Positions 62,501 through 64,000 of a stretch of 64,000 nt of DNA are shown one piece after another. Origin of the DNA: Amoebophrya sp. A120 (lineage: Eukaryota > Protista > Dinoflagellata); contig CAJINV010000004.1 in the NCBI GenBank assembly GCA_905178155.1, positions 6,786,358-6,850,357 of the forward strand. Direction: 5' to 3'. Below the pieces are notes generated by a model that had not been told where the DNA came from, made no database searches, and saw nothing but the letters and a program-made list of their open reading frames with translations. A program made the translations under genes and the position numbers. Numbering within the stretch: the stretch's first letter is position 1; each line of letters opens with the position of its first letter.

Positions 62501-64000
62501 TCATGTTTTGCATTGGCCATGATGTCTGTGATGCATGCCCTAGCATCACAGATTTTTTGAGGGCTTCGCGATGCCTATTTATTTTCCGCATGACAAATTC
62601 CCTCTCCGCGTAGGCAATCGATAGCGGTTTTGCAGGTGCAGCCGGGTGGTAGTTAGGAAGTGGGCCGCGTCTCCACCTAGGGGTATCGGCAGAGGCTAAA
62701 TCTGTTCTAACGCCCAGGTATTGGCAGAGGCTAAATCTGTTCTAACGCCGACCCGCCAGGAGTTAAATGGTACTACTACTACTACGCGTAGCAAAAATTG
62801 TATTCCCTCTGCTGCTCATGCAATGCAGATTTTTTTGGAATCCAAATTCAGCATCACAAGTTGCATTCTTCCAGACCCAGACATTTTTACATTTGATACA
62901 ACAACCGGAAAGACGACCAGTTCCAGGAGTGTTGCCGCATGGTCGCGGTGTGTTACCCACACGGGTGCGCGCTCCCGTCGAAAGCCGTGCCGGAAAGCGT
63001 CGCCAAAGTTGTCACGTTCGGGTATGAGACGATGGGGCCACGTATGCAAGGCAGATGAAATAGTCGCGTAGTTCTTCCCGATTGTTGTCGATTTCTTGTG
63101 ATGCATGAGGCGCGCAAAAAAATTAAAATATGAATTTGAAAGCTACCTCTTCTTGTTCTGTAATGCAATCGGACATTACAACACACACGACAAATCGGCT
63201 CCACGAAGATGAACACGCGGATTTCGTTTTTCCCTCCCACACCAAACCTCCACGAAGCTCGGCTCGCGATGGACACCTTCCGCCGCGCGACGAACATTTA
63301 CGGGCAGTTAGCCATTGCAGTGACCGACGAGAACGGAAACGAAATCATCAAAAACTACCGCGGGACGAAAAATTACATCCGGTCAGACAAGTCCAAAAAC
63401 GACTTCGCCAGAATCATCGAAATTACGAAGAAAAAACTCGGCCCGAACTTCAAGGAGAAGAAGGACGTCGTGGGCTCCTGCCCCAACAAAGAGGATTGCG
63501 AAGCGTATCCGCTCCACGTCTACGACTGGATGTTTGAACTGCACGGCTTCAGCGATTGCTCCCGGAAAGCGCAACTCCAGGAGGGGAACGTCCGGATTAC
63601 TTGGATGACCGAACAAGCGGGTGGAGAAGCAGAAGCAGGCGGTGGTACTGCTGCTGCTGTTGTCAACACCGAGATGAACGACAAGAAGAACGCCGAACAA
63701 GAAGAAGCAGGAGCTGGTCCTGCACCTCCTGCTGCCCCGACATCAACTACTACAAAGATGAAAACGAAAAAGGCGGACCGTACCGGGAAGGAGGAGCGCG
63801 AGGCGTCCAAGCGACATGGGCGAGGAAACCTGCGGCACCTAGAAGGCCGAACGTTGACCTGGGTGAAGGGCCGGGAGTTGTGGGGGAAGGGGGAGAGGAG
63901 CTACGGAAAACTGGGTTTCCTGCCCTTCCGAGACTGGCCCAAGCACTGGTGGTATCAACTGCAAAAATGTGTGGGTCTCGAAGAATCCGAACTTGTGATG
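59519..64000 (+). CDS. TET/JBP-like 2OG-Fe(II) dioxygenase (3' end beyond window)
   Basis: Reassembled: YSSCTINKGGITRVHCDAGNLGPSRLFCFGWGFIGGQTWV (HxD at 61576-61584), DFNGILPHCTTP (His 62317), CRMVAVCY (Arg 62936). Introns 60030-60213 and 61292-61532 plus 6 introners. Confidence 0.75.
60283..60440. mobile_element. Introner-like element, family B
   Basis: Direct repeat GTCCT. Confidence 0.9.
60512..60753. mobile_element. Introner-like element, family A
   Basis: Direct repeat GATCG. Confidence 0.9.
60814..60959. mobile_element. Introner-like element, family B
   Basis: Direct repeat GTTGA. Confidence 0.9.
62122..62299. mobile_element. Introner-like element, family B
   Basis: Repeat TTAAC/TCAAC; splits DFN-GILPH. 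Confidence 0.85.
62453..62898. mobile_element. Introner-like element, family A, carrying a nested insertion
   Basis: Direct repeat CAACA; collinear with 57057-57319 except for a 171-bp insert. Confidence 0.9.
62614..62784 (+). mobile_element. Nested short retroposon-like insertion
   Basis: 7-bp target duplication CGCGTAG (62607-62613, 62785-62791), (TAC)n 3' tail, internal ~33-bp tandem duplication. Confidence 0.7.
63953..64000. mobile_element. Left end of family A introner (truncated by window)
   Basis: TATCAACTGCAAAAATGTGTGGGTCTCG...ACTTGTGATG. Confidence 0.8.

Noticed and set aside
3053-62960. Recurrent peptides AKMSGSG, FQTQT, PDPDIF, CKSVWVW, AKVSY in ORF translations
   Set aside because: Read-through translations of introner TIRs, not a protein repeat family

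Overview
Eukaryotic protist DNA. The gene architecture points to an Amoebophrya-like syndinian dinoflagellate (inference). All ~11 supportable protein genes lie on the + strand. Six of them are interrupted by about 40 short TIR-bounded insertions (typically 140-340 bp, ends TAT...ATA, usually a 5-bp direct repeat) that behave as non-canonical introns (introner-like elements): removing the element plus one direct repeat restores the frame and conserved motifs. Manually reassembled genes: a divergent protein kinase-like protein, a kinesin, an intronless bacterial-type C5 DNA methyltransferase next to an intronless SET protein with a hydrophobic insert, an amidohydrolase_2-like protein, a GT77-like glycosyltransferase, an SPX-GDPD fusion, a few secreted orphans, and a TET/JBP-like 2OG-Fe(II) dioxygenase that is not recognisable in the ORF track. 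GC-rich intergenic islands look like degenerate kb-scale palindromes (foldback-like elements or poorly resolved hairpins). Exon boundaries were derived by hand and need RNA confirmation.
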